From the NCBI GenBank assembly GCA_977017645.1, contig OZ360220.1:157108001-157172000 (forward strand): a DNA stretch of 64,000 nt. The letters run 5' to 3'. Below are positions 38,899-50,500 of this stretch, piece by piece (position 1 is the first letter of the stretch; each line of letters starts with the position of its first letter). A model generated the notes under the pieces. That model ran no database searches, was not told the origin of the DNA, and worked only from the letters and a program-made list of their open reading frames with translations. Both the position numbers and the translations under genes were made by a program. This DNA comes from Torpedo marmorata. Taxonomy: Eukaryota.

Positions 38899-39399
38899 TT
38901 CTACCTTTGCTACATAGAATACACTGTTTGACCTGCTGAGTTTCTCCAGCATTTGTGTTTTTTACTTCAACCACGGTGTCTACAGATTTTCGTGTTTTAC
39001 TTTTGACAGTGTCGGGAGGTTGGATGCGCTCCAACAGGGAGCTTATTAAGCGGTGAGTTGATGTGATGAAATTGATTGTGATCGCTCGGCCTTTTTCGTC
39101 CCAGTCTGTACTGCTGTGGTTATGAACCCGTTAGTGAACACCGCGATTTGAATGTTACGGAAGAACAGTAGATGGAGATGATTTATGAAGCGCAGCTAAA
39201 TTTGAGAAGGATCTTTCCTTACTCTTCTCGATTGGACAAATGGGTGGGGGCTGGCGGTCCATTGGAGAGCACAGGAGATTGGCTCTCCACTGTTATACCG
39301 GTGCAACACCGAGCCATCTGAGAAACTAGGAGGATTACAACAATCCAATGTGAAAAGCCAGAGCGCCACTTTCAGGGAATGGACAATCCAACATTATTA

Positions 39400-39700
39400 T
39401 GAGCAACACACGATCTGCTGGAGGAACTCAGCGGTCGAGCAGCATCAGTGGGAGTAAGAAGAATGGTGAACGTTGTGGGCAGGACTGAGAGGGTAGTGTG
39501 GAGGGGAGAGAGAGCTGGTGTTATGGGGGCAGGGTGGGAGGGGTCGGACCGGGGTTAGTGGGGGATTGGTGGAACGGTGAGAGGTGAAGGGTGGCGGAGA
39601 GTTGACTAGCAGATGCCAGATAGAGGGAGAGAGAAGCGAGAGCAGCGTAGGGTGAGGTGGAGAAAGGTGAGTCATGCAGGGAGGGGTTGGGTGACAGGTA
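39400..39700 (-). mobile_element. Old Penelope-derived 3' remnant
   Basis: ctgctggaggaactcagcggtcgagcagcatc followed by a purine-rich tract, the same architecture as the PLE 3'UTR but diverged. Confidence 0.5.
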
Positions 39701-40390
39701 GGAACACAGGCTGCCAGGTTTATTACTCCATCGAAAAATAAACTAACGGAGCCATGCACATCCCAAGCACGATTCTTACACCACAGCTGGAGTTCCTTCG
39801 TTTTAAAAAAAATTAAAGCTCCACTCTTTTAACCGGAGGGGCTTACTCCACGAATCAATTACATGAGACAAAAAAATTACCTCAACTCGATATTAACCCT
39901 CGAACACAACATCTTAAGCAAGTAGCAATCTGAACATTGTTGGATTCCTTTTGACTCTCCCCTCTCAATCAGGCGCTACAGGTTGCTAAGGGAGCAGGTA
40001 AGGAGGGTGAGCACAGCGGGGTGTCCTCATTGATCCGCGGAACCGTGGAAGGAGAGTTGGCAAATGTTCAAACGAGCTCGTTTCCTTTCTGCGCTTCAGT
40101 GCCTCGAAGTTGGAAAGCTGTTTCTTCGAGTCCTAACGCAGATTATCGCAACGCAACATCAGTCATTTCTCTCTCCAACGTTCAATACGACGTCCTCTGT
40201 TATCAGTTAAAGAACTGAACTTGGACATTGAACTTTGAGATTGAATTTTGTGGACTGTGTTTTTTGGACTGACTTACTTGACTGACTGACCTGGGGTTTT
40301 GGGAATTTTTCCTTTTTGAATATTGGGCACAGACTGTAATGGTCTGGGTATTTTTTTTACATACACACTGTTTATAAATATATGATATCC

Positions 40391-40501
40391 CTACTTTGAT
40401 GAAGGGCTCAAGCCCGAAACGTCGGTTATGTATTTCTACCTTTGCTACATAAAATACACTGTTTGACCTGCTGAGTTTCTCCAGCATTTGTGTTTTTTAT
40501 T
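40391..40501 (+). mobile_element. 111-bp hammerhead-only Penelope-derived insertion with 10-bp TSD
   Basis: Nearly identical to 38858-38965 and flanked by TATGATATCC at 40381-40390 and 40502-40511. Confidence 0.88.
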
Positions 40502-40749
40502 TATGATATCCGTATATTTGCCATAGATACTTATAAGGGGTTAATTGTGTTAAGACATTATATTATTAATAGTCATTAATAAATATAGAGTTAAAATTTA
40601 ACCCTTTTGAATTGCATCTTCTGTTGCTGCTGGTTTGAGTTGTAACAAAGGTAAAAAAACACAAAATGCTGGAGGAACTCAGCCGGTCCTTTCAGCGTCT
40701 ATAGGAGACAAAGGTATCACTAGAAGTGTGTATCAAGGAGGGCCCACCA

Positions 40750-41760
40750 CTCCTGACAACATCCTTGTGAAAATTTCCTCCACCCACTCGATTTTAGTCA
40801 CACCCTCACTGTAACATGGTGACCAGAATTGCACACAATAATCCAGGTGCGGTCTAACCAACGCCCCATACAGCTTTAATGTGACATCACAACTCATTGT
40901 CATTGCCCTGTGCGACAACGGTTAGCATGCTAAAAGCCTCCTTCACCACCTTGCTTCCCCAGGTCACCACTTTCAGGGAATTATGTAATTGTATACCCAG
41001 ATGTCTGTTCTACAACACTCCCCGGGTCCCTAACATTCACTGTGTATGTCTTGCCGTGGTTTAACTTCCAAAATTCATAACTTCATAAATGTTTGAGTGA
41101 AATTCCATCTTCCATTCCCTGCTCTACTTTCCTAATGGATCTAGATACTGTTGTAGCCTCAGACAACCGTCTTCACTGCCCACCACACTATCAATTTTGC
41201 TGTCATTCGCAAATGTACTTTCCACCTACATTCTCAACAAAATAGTTAATGGAAATGACAAACATCAGGGACTCAACATTGATCCCTACAACACGCCACT
41301 GCTCACAAGCCTCCAATCTGCATGAGCTCTGAATCCTTTCACCAAGCTAATTTTGTATCCAATTAACTAGCTCACAGTGGATCCCAGGTAACCTTCTGAA
41401 CCTGACTTCCACGTGGGGTCTTCTCAAAAAACCTAGCTAAAGTTCACGTAGACTAAGTCTACCACCCGCCTTCGTCAATCCTCTAGATTACCTCATCAAA
41501 AATTCAATAAAATTCGTGAGACACGATTTCCTCTGTACAAAGCCCCTGTCTCTTAGTAACCTTTCCACCGCTAGTGCTAGGTTCACTGGCTTGTCCTTGC
41601 AACTCTTCTTAAATAAGTACACAACATTAGCCACCTTCCAGTCTTCTGGTTCTTCAACCGAGGCCGAATAAGATACAAAAATCTCTGGTAGGGTCCCGGT
41701 AATTGTTCCACAACGTCCAAGAATACACGGTTAAAGATTTATCCACAATTATGCGACCCA
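40750..41760 (-). mobile_element. CR1 LINE fragment (old, RT region)
   Basis: ORF piece LKLYGALVRPHLDYCVQFWSPCY plus degenerate upstream RT-like sequence (acagggatc/gtcattcgcaaat, i.e. FAND-like, on the minus strand). Confidence 0.75.
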
Positions 41761-41819
41761 AGACTCTTTCCTAATATCCATATGTTTCAGGGCATCGCTG
41801 TTAAATTTATTTCAATTTT

Positions 41820-42066
41820 TTTAAAAATTTAGACATACAGCACGGTAACAGGCCATTTCAGCCCACGAGTCCGTGCCGCCCAATTGCAACCAATTAATGT
41901 ACAACTCCCGGTACGTTTCGAACGGTGGGAGGAAACCGGAGCTCCCGGGGAAACCCCACGCAGACATGGGGAGAACGTCCAAACTCCTTACACACAGTGC
42001 GGGCTTCGAACCCGGTCCTGATCGCTGGCGCTGTAACAGCGTTGCGTTAACTGCTACGCCACCCAT
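41820..42066 (-). mobile_element. V-SINE-like tRNA-derived SINE
   Basis: Minus strand: gtggcgtagcagttaacgcaacgctgttacagcgcca...gggttcgaagcc (A/B-box-like), core aggagtttggacgttctccccatgtctgcgtggggtttccccgg, and an A-rich tail. Confidence 0.8.
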
Positions 42067-42074
42067 GTGTTCTC

Positions 42075-42270
42075 TTCCCTGATTTCTGTTTTTCTTTCAC
42101 TTTCCAGAACCTGCAGTTTTATTTCTTTTCCATAATCTTCTACCCATCTCCAGTTCAGAAGAGGGGTCTCTGACCCAAAACGCTCACTGGTTTCTCTTTC
42201 CACAGATGTTGCCTGCCTGGCTGATTGAATTCTTCCTATTCTTGTTTCAGGTTCCAGCATCTACAGTTTT
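42075..42270 (+). mobile_element. Old Penelope-derived terminal remnant with decayed hammerhead motif
   Basis: cagaagaggggtctctgacccaaaacg...cacagatgttgcctgcctggctga has the hammerhead-plus-tail layout with mutated core boxes. Confidence 0.5.
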
Positions 42271-42754
42271 AATTTTTTTCATGCGATTAATTAAACCAGG
42301 CAGCATTTGGGCAGTGGGGCATAGTATTCTGTGCAGAAGTTAAATCAGCATACACTTCAGAGCTCGGCCCCAGCATTAGGGAAATGCATACCTAGTACAA
42401 ATAAAACAGGAAACAGACTTCTAAGGGCTGTTGTATGATTTTGTGTACTCCCGAATAGTGTTGACAACTGTTTCTGCAGCCTTGCTGTCATCTGGTTAGA
42501 TTTGCTGACAGTACAATGAACGGTGTGATATTACTGAAGAGCATAATAGAGAAATATTTTGTAGGGTTGTTGATAGTTACAAAACCAGCCAAGTTCTGTA
42601 TGCAGCGGGTCCTCACCAGACCAGCCTTCACACACACAAGGTGAAGGATAACATTGATTTCTGCCGTATCCAACATTTCACGTACACTTCAAGGCTTCGT
42701 GTGAAGTGTTTTGAGACTATTCGAGTCCCATATAAATGCAAGTATTCTTTAGAG

Positions 42755-44506
42755 CAGCCATTCTCAACGGGGGCCCTACGACGCCCCTGGGGGCCACGGC
42801 ACATTTAAGTAAAAGCCTTGTTTTCTTTTCACCTCATTTAACATAAATATTTTTAATGGTTTTTTTAATGTAGTCGGTAGTGGAGATGTCAGAACTTCAT
42901 TCAAAAGGGTGAACCCTCGCAAGGCGTCAGGCCCTGTCGGCGTACCTGGCAGGGTATTGAAAATCTGCGCCAACCAACTAGCCAAAATGTTCACGGACAT
43001 TTTCAACCTCTCATTGTGGCAGTCAGAGGTTCCCACCTGCTTCAAAAGGGCATCAATCATCCCAGTACCCAAGAAGAGTAGTGTGAGCTGCCTCAACGAC
43101 TACCGCCCAGTGGCACTAACTTCTATGGTTATGAAATGCTTTGAGAGGCTGGTCATGGCCAGAATTAACACGTACCAAAGCAAAGATCTGGACCCACTGC
43201 AATTTTCCTATCGTCACAATCGCTCCACAGCAGATGCAATATCGTTTGCTCTCCACTCAGCTCTGGATCACCTCGAAAACAGCAATTCATACATACGGCT
43301 GCTCTTCATCGACTACAGCTCGGCCTTCAATACCATTATTCCCTCAGTGCTGGTCAAGATGCTACAAACTTTAGGCCTCTGTACCCCCCTCTGCAACTGG
43401 ATCCTTGACTTTCTCATCAGAAGACCACAGTCAGTACGAATTGGAAACAATGTCTCCTCCTCATTCATCATCAACACAGGCGCACCCCAAGGATGCGTGC
43501 TTAGCCCACTACTCTACTCGTTACACACCCATGATTGTGTGGCCAGGCACAATTCCAATGTCATCTACAAGTTTGCCGATGACACCGCAGTTGTTGGCAG
43601 AATCACAAACGGCAATGAGGAAGCGTACAGGAGGGAGATAGATCAGCTTGTTGAATGGTGTAATGACAACTACCTTGCACTCAACGTCAGCAAAACCAAG
43701 GAGATGATTGTGGACTTCAGGAGGAAGCCAGTCCTCATCGAGGACTCAGTAGTGGAGAGGGTCAAGAACTTCAAATTCCTGGGTGTCAACATCCCTGAGG
43801 ATCTGTCCTGGAGCATCCACGTTGATGCAATTACAAAGAAGGCTCGTCAGCGGCTATACTTTGTGAGGTGTCTGAGGAGACTCGGTATGTCACCGAAAAC
43901 TCTCGTAAACTTCTACAGGTGTACCATGGAGAGCATTCTGGCTGGTTGCATCACTGCCTAGTATGGAAGCACCAACTCTCAGGACAAGAATAAACTCCAG
44001 AGGGTTGTTAACTCAGCCTGTGACATCAAAGGCACCAAACTTCACTCCATCGAGGACATCAACACGAGGTGGTGTCTTAAAAAAGCAACCTCTCTCCTCA
44101 AAGACCCCCACCACCCAGGCCATGCCCTCTTCACTCTGCTACCATTGGGAAAAAGGTACAGGAGCCTAAAGACGAGCACTCAACGGCACAAGGACAGCTT
44201 CTTCCCCGCTGCCATCAGATTCCTGAATAATCAATGAACCAAAGACATTGCCTTACTTTTCGTGCATTATTATTTATATATATTTTTATAGTAATGTTGT
44301 AAGATGGTAATACTATGAATGTTAATTGCACTATGATGCTGCCACAAAACACCGAATTTCATGACTTGTTCAGGACAATAAATTCTGATTCTGATTCTGA
44401 GAAGTACGGAAGAAACTAAAACTTGACTGCTTCACAGGGAATGGACCCATAAACGTTGAGCAGAGTCCTGAGGGGCCATAGCCAAAAAAAAGTTTAGGTA
44501 TGGCTG
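42755..44506. mobile_element. hAT/Charlie-like MITE split by a LINE insertion
   Basis: Imperfect TIRs CAGCCATTCTCAAC at 42755 and gtttaggtatggctg ending at 44506. 8-bp TSD ctttagag (42747-42754) / cttcagag (44507-44514), 7 of 8 matching. Confidence 0.75.
42880..44400 (+). mobile_element. Rex1/Babar-clade non-LTR retrotransposon, 5'-truncated; RT ORF 42909-43961 ended by a premature stop
   Basis: RT motifs [50 protein letters not shown]>TAG at 43959-43961. 3' tail aataa(attctg)3. Confidence 0.92.
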
Positions 44507-47500
44507 CTTCAGAGCTCCAACTATTGAGGAAGGAAATCTGCCGCACAATTACTTTTGTGTTATTATGGATAAGGATGGAATAGGAAGGTTAGGGTATATG
44601 GGAGTAGAGGGGTTAGTGAGGATAGGACTAGAGGATTTGGGTAGACAGGAGTAGAGGAGCTGTGGTCATAGGAAGGGGTTGGAGGGGTGAGTGTAGATCG
44701 AGGGGTACGGCAGATGGGGTTAGAAGGGTTTGGGTAGATATGTTTTAGGGTAGACAGTAGAGGGGTTAGGGTAGACAGGAGTAGAGGGGTTAGGATAGAC
44801 AGGAGTAGAGGGGTTAGGGAAGACAGGAGTAGAGGGGTTAGGTTAGACAGTAGAGGGGTCAGGGTAGACAGTAGAGGTGTTAGAGTAGACAGGATTAGAG
44901 GGGTTAGGGTAGAAGGGAGTAGAGGGGTTAGGGTATACAGTAGAGGGGTTAGGGTAGACAGGAGTAGAGGGGTAGGGTAGACAGGAGTAGAGGGGCAAGG
45001 GTAGACAGCAGAGGGGTTAGGGTAGACAGGTGTAGAGGGGTTAGGGTAGACAGTAGAGGGGATAGGATGGACAGTAGAGGGGTTAGGGTAGACAGTAGAG
45101 GGGTTATGGTAGACAGGAGTAGAGGGGTTAGGGTAGACAGTAGAGGGGTTATGGTAGACAGGAGCAGAGGGGTTAGGGTAGACAGGAGTAGAGGGGTTAG
45201 GGTAGACAGGAGCAGAGGGATAGGGTAGACAGGAGTAGAGGGGTTAGGGTAGACATTAGAGGGGTTAGGGTAGACAGGAGTAGAGGGGATAGGGTCGACA
45301 GTAGAAGGGTTAGGGTAGACAGTAGAGGGATTAGGGTAGATAGGAGTAGAGGGGTTAGGGTAGACAGTAGAGGGGATAAGATAGACAGTAGAGGGGTTAG
45401 GTTAGACAGTAGAGGGGTTAGGGTAGACAGGAGACGAGGGGTTAGGGAAGAGGAGTAGAGGGGTTGGGGAAGACAGGAATAGAAGTGTTAGGGTACACAG
45501 GAGCAGAAGGGTGAGGGTAGACAGGAATAGAAGGGTTAGGGTAGACAGGAGCAGAGGGTTAGGGTAGACAGGAGTAGAGGGGTTAGGGTAGACATTAGAG
45601 GGGTTAGGGTAGACAGGGGTAGAGGGGATAGGGTCGACAGGATTAGAGGGGTTAGGGTAGACAGGAATAGAAGGGTTAGGGTACACAGAAGTAGAAGGGT
45701 TAGGGTAGACAGGAGCAGATGGGTGAGGGTAGACAGGAATAGAAGGGTTAGGGTAGACAGGAGCAGAGGGATAGGGTAGACAGGAGTAGAGGGGTTAGGG
45801 TAGACATTAGAAGGGTTAGGGTAGACAGGTGTAGAGGGGATAGAGTCGACAGGAGTAGAGGGGTTAGGGTAGACATTAGAGGGGTTAGGGTAGACAGGAG
45901 TAGAGGGGTTAGGGTAGACAGTAGAGGGGTTAGGGTAGACAGTAGAGGGGTTAGGGTAGACAGGAGTAGAGGGGTTAGGGTAGACAGTAGAGGGGTTAGG
46001 GTAGACTGGATTAGAGGTGTTAGGGTAGAAGGGAGTGAGGGGTTACGGTAGATAGTAGAGGGGTTAGGGTAGACAGGAGTAGAGGGGTTAGGGTAGACAG
46101 GATTAGAGGGGTTAGGGTAGAAGGGAGTAGAGGGGTTACGGTAGATAGTAGAGGGGTTCGGGTAGACAGGAGTAGAGGGGTTACGGTAGACAGTAGAGAG
46201 GTTAGGGTAGACAGGAGTAGAGGGGTAGGGTAGACAGGAGTAGCGGGGCAGGGGTAGATAGCAGAGGGGTTAGGGTAGACAGGAATAGAGGGGTTAGGGT
46301 AGACAGGAGAAGAGGGGTTAGGGTAGACAGTAGAGGGGTTATGGTAGACAGGAGTAGAGGGGTTAGGGTAGACAGTAGAGGGGTTATGGTAGACAGGAGT
46401 GGAGGGGTTAGGGTAGACAGTAGAGGGGATAGGATAGACAGTAGAGGGGTTAGGGTAGTCAGTAGAGGGGTTAGGGTAGACAGGAGAAGAGGGGTTAGGG
46501 AAGAGGAGTAGAGGGGTTGGGGTAGACAGGAATAGAAGGGTTAGGGTAGACAGGAGCAGAGGGTTAGGGTAGACAGGAGTAGAGGGGTTAGGGTAGACAT
46601 TAGAGGGGTTAGGGTAGACAGGAGTAGAGGGGTTATGGTAGACAGTAGAGGGGTTAGGGTAGACAGGAGTAGAGGGGTAGGGTAGACAGGAGTAGCGGGG
46701 CAGGGGTAGACAGCAGAGGGGTTTGGGTAGACAGGAGTAGCGGGGCAGGGGTAGACAGCAGAGGGGTTTGGGTAGACAGGAGTAGAGGGGTTAGGGTAGA
46801 CAGGTGAAGAGGGGTTAGGGTAGACAGTAGAGGGGTTAGGGTAGACAGGAGTAGAGGGGTTAGGGAAGACAGGAGTAGAGAGGTCAGGGTAGGCAGTAGA
46901 GGTATTAGGATAGACAGGACTAGAGGGGTTAGGGTAGAAGGGAGTAGAGGGGTTACAGTAGATAGTAGAGGGGTTAGGGTAGACAGGAGTAGAGGGGTTA
47001 CGGTAGACAGTAGAGAGGTTAGGGTAGACAGGAGTAGAGGGGTAGGGTAGACAGGATTAGCGGGGCAGGAGTAGGCAGCAGAGGGGTTATGGTAGACAGG
47101 AGTAGAGGGGTTAGGGTAGACAGGAGAAGAGGGGTTAGGGTAGACAGTAGAGGGGTTTGGGTAGATAGGAGTAGAGGGGTTAGGGTAGACAGTAGAGGGG
47201 TTATGGTAGACAGGAGTAGAGGGGTTAGGGTAGACAGGAATAGAAGGGTTAGGGTAGACAGGAGCAGAGGGTTAGGGTAGACAGGAGTAGAGGGGTTAGG
47301 GTAGACATTAGAGGGGTTAGGGTAGACAGGAGTAGAGGGGTTACGGTAGACAGTAGAGGGGTTAGGATAGACAGTAGAAGGGTTAGGGTAGACAGTCGAG
47401 GGGTTAGGGTAGACAGGAGTGGAGGGGTAGGATAGACAGGAGAAGGGGGTTCGGGTAGACAGTAGAGGAATTAGGGTAGACAGGAGTAGAGGAGTTAGGG

Positions 47501-50500
47501 TAGACAGCAGAGGGGTTAGGGTAGACAGTAGAGGAGTTAGGGTGGACAGGATTAGAGGGATTAGGGTAGACAGTAGAGGGGTTAGGGTAGACAGGAGTAG
47601 AGGGGTTAAGGTAGAAAGTAGAGGAGTTAGGGTAGACAGTAGAGGGGTTAGGGTAGACAGGAGTAGAGAAGTTAGGGTAGACAGGAGTAGAGGGGATAGG
47701 GTTGACAGTAGAGGGGCTATGCTAGATAGTAGCGGGGTTAGGGTCGACAGTAGAGGGGTTCGGGTGACAGGAGTAGAGGCTTTTGGGTAGACAGAGTAGA
47801 GGGGTTGGGGTAGACAGTAGAGGGGTTAGGGTAGACAGGAGTGGAGGGGTTAGGGTAGTCAATAGAGGGGTTAGGGTACACAGGAGTAGAAGGGTTACGG
47901 TAGACAGTAGAGGGGTTAGGGTAGACAGGAGTATAGGGGTTAGGGTACAGGAGTAGAGGGGTAGGATAGACAGGAGTGGAGGTGTTAAGATAGAGAGGAG
48001 TAGAGGGGTTAGAGTAGACAGGAGTAGAGGGGTTAGGGTAGACAGTAGAGGGGTTAGGGTAGACAGTCGAGGGGTTAGGGTAGACAGTAGAGGGGTTAGG
48101 GTAGACAGTAGAGGGGATAGGTTAGACAGGAGTAGAGGGGTTAGGGTATGCAAGAGAAGAGGGGTTAGGGGAGATAGTAGAGGGGTTAGGGTAGACAGTA
48201 GAGGGGTTTGGGTAGACAGTAGGGGTGTTAGAGTAGACAGTAGAGGGGTTAGAGTAGAAAGTAGTTGAGGAGTTAGGTTAGCCAATTGAGGGGTTAGGGT
48301 AGACAGTAGAGGGATTAGAGTAGACAGTAGAGGGGTTAGGGTAGCCAGTAGAGGGGTTAGGGTAGACAGGAGTGGAGGGGTTAAGGTAGAAAGTAGAGGA
48401 GTTAGGGTGGACAGGATTAGAGGGATTAGGGTAGACAGTAGAGGGTTAGGGTAGACAGTAGAGGGGTTAGGGTAGACAGGAGTAGAGGAGTTAGGGTAGA
48501 CAGGAGTAGAGGGGATAGGGTTGACAGTAGAGGGGATTGGGTAGACAGTAGCAGGGTTAGGGTCGACAGTAGGGGATTTAGGGTAGACAACAGTAGAGGG
48601 GTTAGGGTAGACATTAGAGGGGTTAGGGTAGACAGGTGTAGAGGGGATAGGGTGGACAGGAGTAGAGGGGTTAGGGTTGACAGGAGTAGAGGGGTAAGGG
48701 TAGTCAGGAGTAGAGGGGTAGGGTAGACAGGAGTAAGGGGTTAGGGTAGACATCAGAGGGGTTAGGGTAGACAGGAGTAGAGGGGATAGGGTAGACAGGA
48801 GTAGAGGGGTTAGGGTAGACAGGAGTAGAGGGGTTAGGGTAGACAGGAGTAGAGGGGTTAGGTAGACAGTAGAGGGGATAGGGTAGACAGGAATAGTGGG
48901 GTTAGGGTAGACAGTAGAGGGGTTAGGGTAGACAGGAGTAGAGGGTTAGGGTAGACAGTGGTCAAGGGGTTAGGGTAGACAGGAGTAGAAGGATTAGAGT
49001 AGACAGTAGAGGGGTAGGGTAGAGAGGAGTAGGGGGTTAGGGTAGACAAGAGTGGACGGGCTTGGGTAGAGAGGAGTAGAGGGGTAAGGGTAGTCAGGAG
49101 TAGAGGGGTAGGGTAGACAGGAGTAGGGGGTTAGGGTAGACAGTAGATGGGTTAGGGTAGACTAGAGGGGTTAGGATAGGCAGGAGTAGAGGGGTTAGGG
49201 TAGACAGGAGTAGAGGGGTAGGGTAGACAGTAGATGGGTTAGGGTAGACTAGAGGGGTTAGGATAGGCAGGAGTAGAGTGGTTAGGGTAGACAGGAGTAG
49301 AGGGTTTAGGGTAGATAGTAGAGGGGTTAGGGTAGACAGTTGAGGGGTTAGGGTAGACAGGAGTAGAGGGGTTAGGGTAGAAAGGAGTAGAGGGGTTAGG
49401 GTAGACAGGAGTAGAAGGGTGAGGGTAGTCAGTAGAGGGGTTAGGGTAGACAGTAGAGGGGTTAGGGTAGACAGGAGTAGAGGGGTTAGGAGAGACAGGA
49501 GTAGAGGGGTTAGGGTAGGCAGGAGTAGAGGGGTTAGGAGAGACAGGAGTAGAGGGGTTAGGGTAGACAGGAGTAGAGGGGTTAGGGGAGACAGGAGTAG
49601 AGGGGTTAGGGGAGACAGTTCTGGGTTAGGATTGACAGGAGTAGATGGGCTAGGGTATACAGGAATAGAAGGGTTAGGGTAGACAGTAGAGGGGTTAGGG
49701 TAGACAGTAGAGGAGTTAGGGTAGACAGTAGAGGGGTTAGGGTAGACAGGAGTAGAGAGGTTAGGATAGACAGGAGTAGAGGTGTTAGGGTAGACAGGAG
49801 GAGAGGGGATTGGGTAGACAGTAGGGTGGTTAGGGTAGACAGTACAGGGATTAGGGTAGACAGGAATAGAGGGTTAAGATAGACAGGAGTAGCGGGGTTA
49901 GGGTAGAAAGGATTAGTGGGATTAGGGTACAGAGGAGTAGAGGGGTTTGGTAGACAGGAATAGTGGGGTTAGGGTAAACAGGAGTAGAGGGGTTAGGGTA
50001 GACATTAGAGGTGTTAGGGTAGACAATAGAGGTGTTAGGGTAGACAGGAGTGGAGGTGTTAGGGTAGACAATAGAGGTGTTTGGGTAGACAGGAGTGGAG
50101 GTGTTAGGGTAGACAGTAGAGGTGTTAGGGTAGACAGGAGTGGAGGTGTTAGGGTAGACAGTAGAGGTGTTAGGGTAGATAGGAGTAGAGGTGTTAGGGT
50201 AGACAGTAGAGGTGTTAGGGTAGACAGGAGTAGAGGTGTTTGGGTAGACAGTGGAGGTGGTAGGGTAGACAGGAGTAGAGGTGTTCGGGTAGACAGGAGT
50301 AGAGGTGTTAGGGTAGACAGGAGCAGAGGTGTTAGGGTAGACAGGAGTAGAGGTGTTAAGGTAGAAAGTAGAGGGGTTAGGCTCGACAGAAGTAGAGGTG
50401 TTAGGGCAAAAAGGATTAGTGGGGTTAGCGTAGACAGTTGAGGTGTTGGGTAGACAGGAGTGGAGGTGTTAGGCTAGACAGGAGTAGAGGGGTTAGGGTT

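Larger units (their letters stand above)
37108..39003. mobile_element. Penelope-like retroelement, fold-back (head-to-head inverted) insertion, 5'-truncated, with 12-bp TSD
   Basis: Arm 37108-38025 is the near-perfect reverse complement of the arm starting at 38050. Each arm encodes a Penelope-type GIY-YIG domain. TGACAGTGTCGG is duplicated at 37096-37107 and 39004-39015. Confidence 0.93.

Noticed and set aside
37144-38931. Additional overlapping ORFs (MASCTIPP..., MKCSFTWK..., MSFPSPPP...)
   Set aside because: Alternative-frame or antisense readings of the same Penelope sequence, repeated only because the element is repeated.
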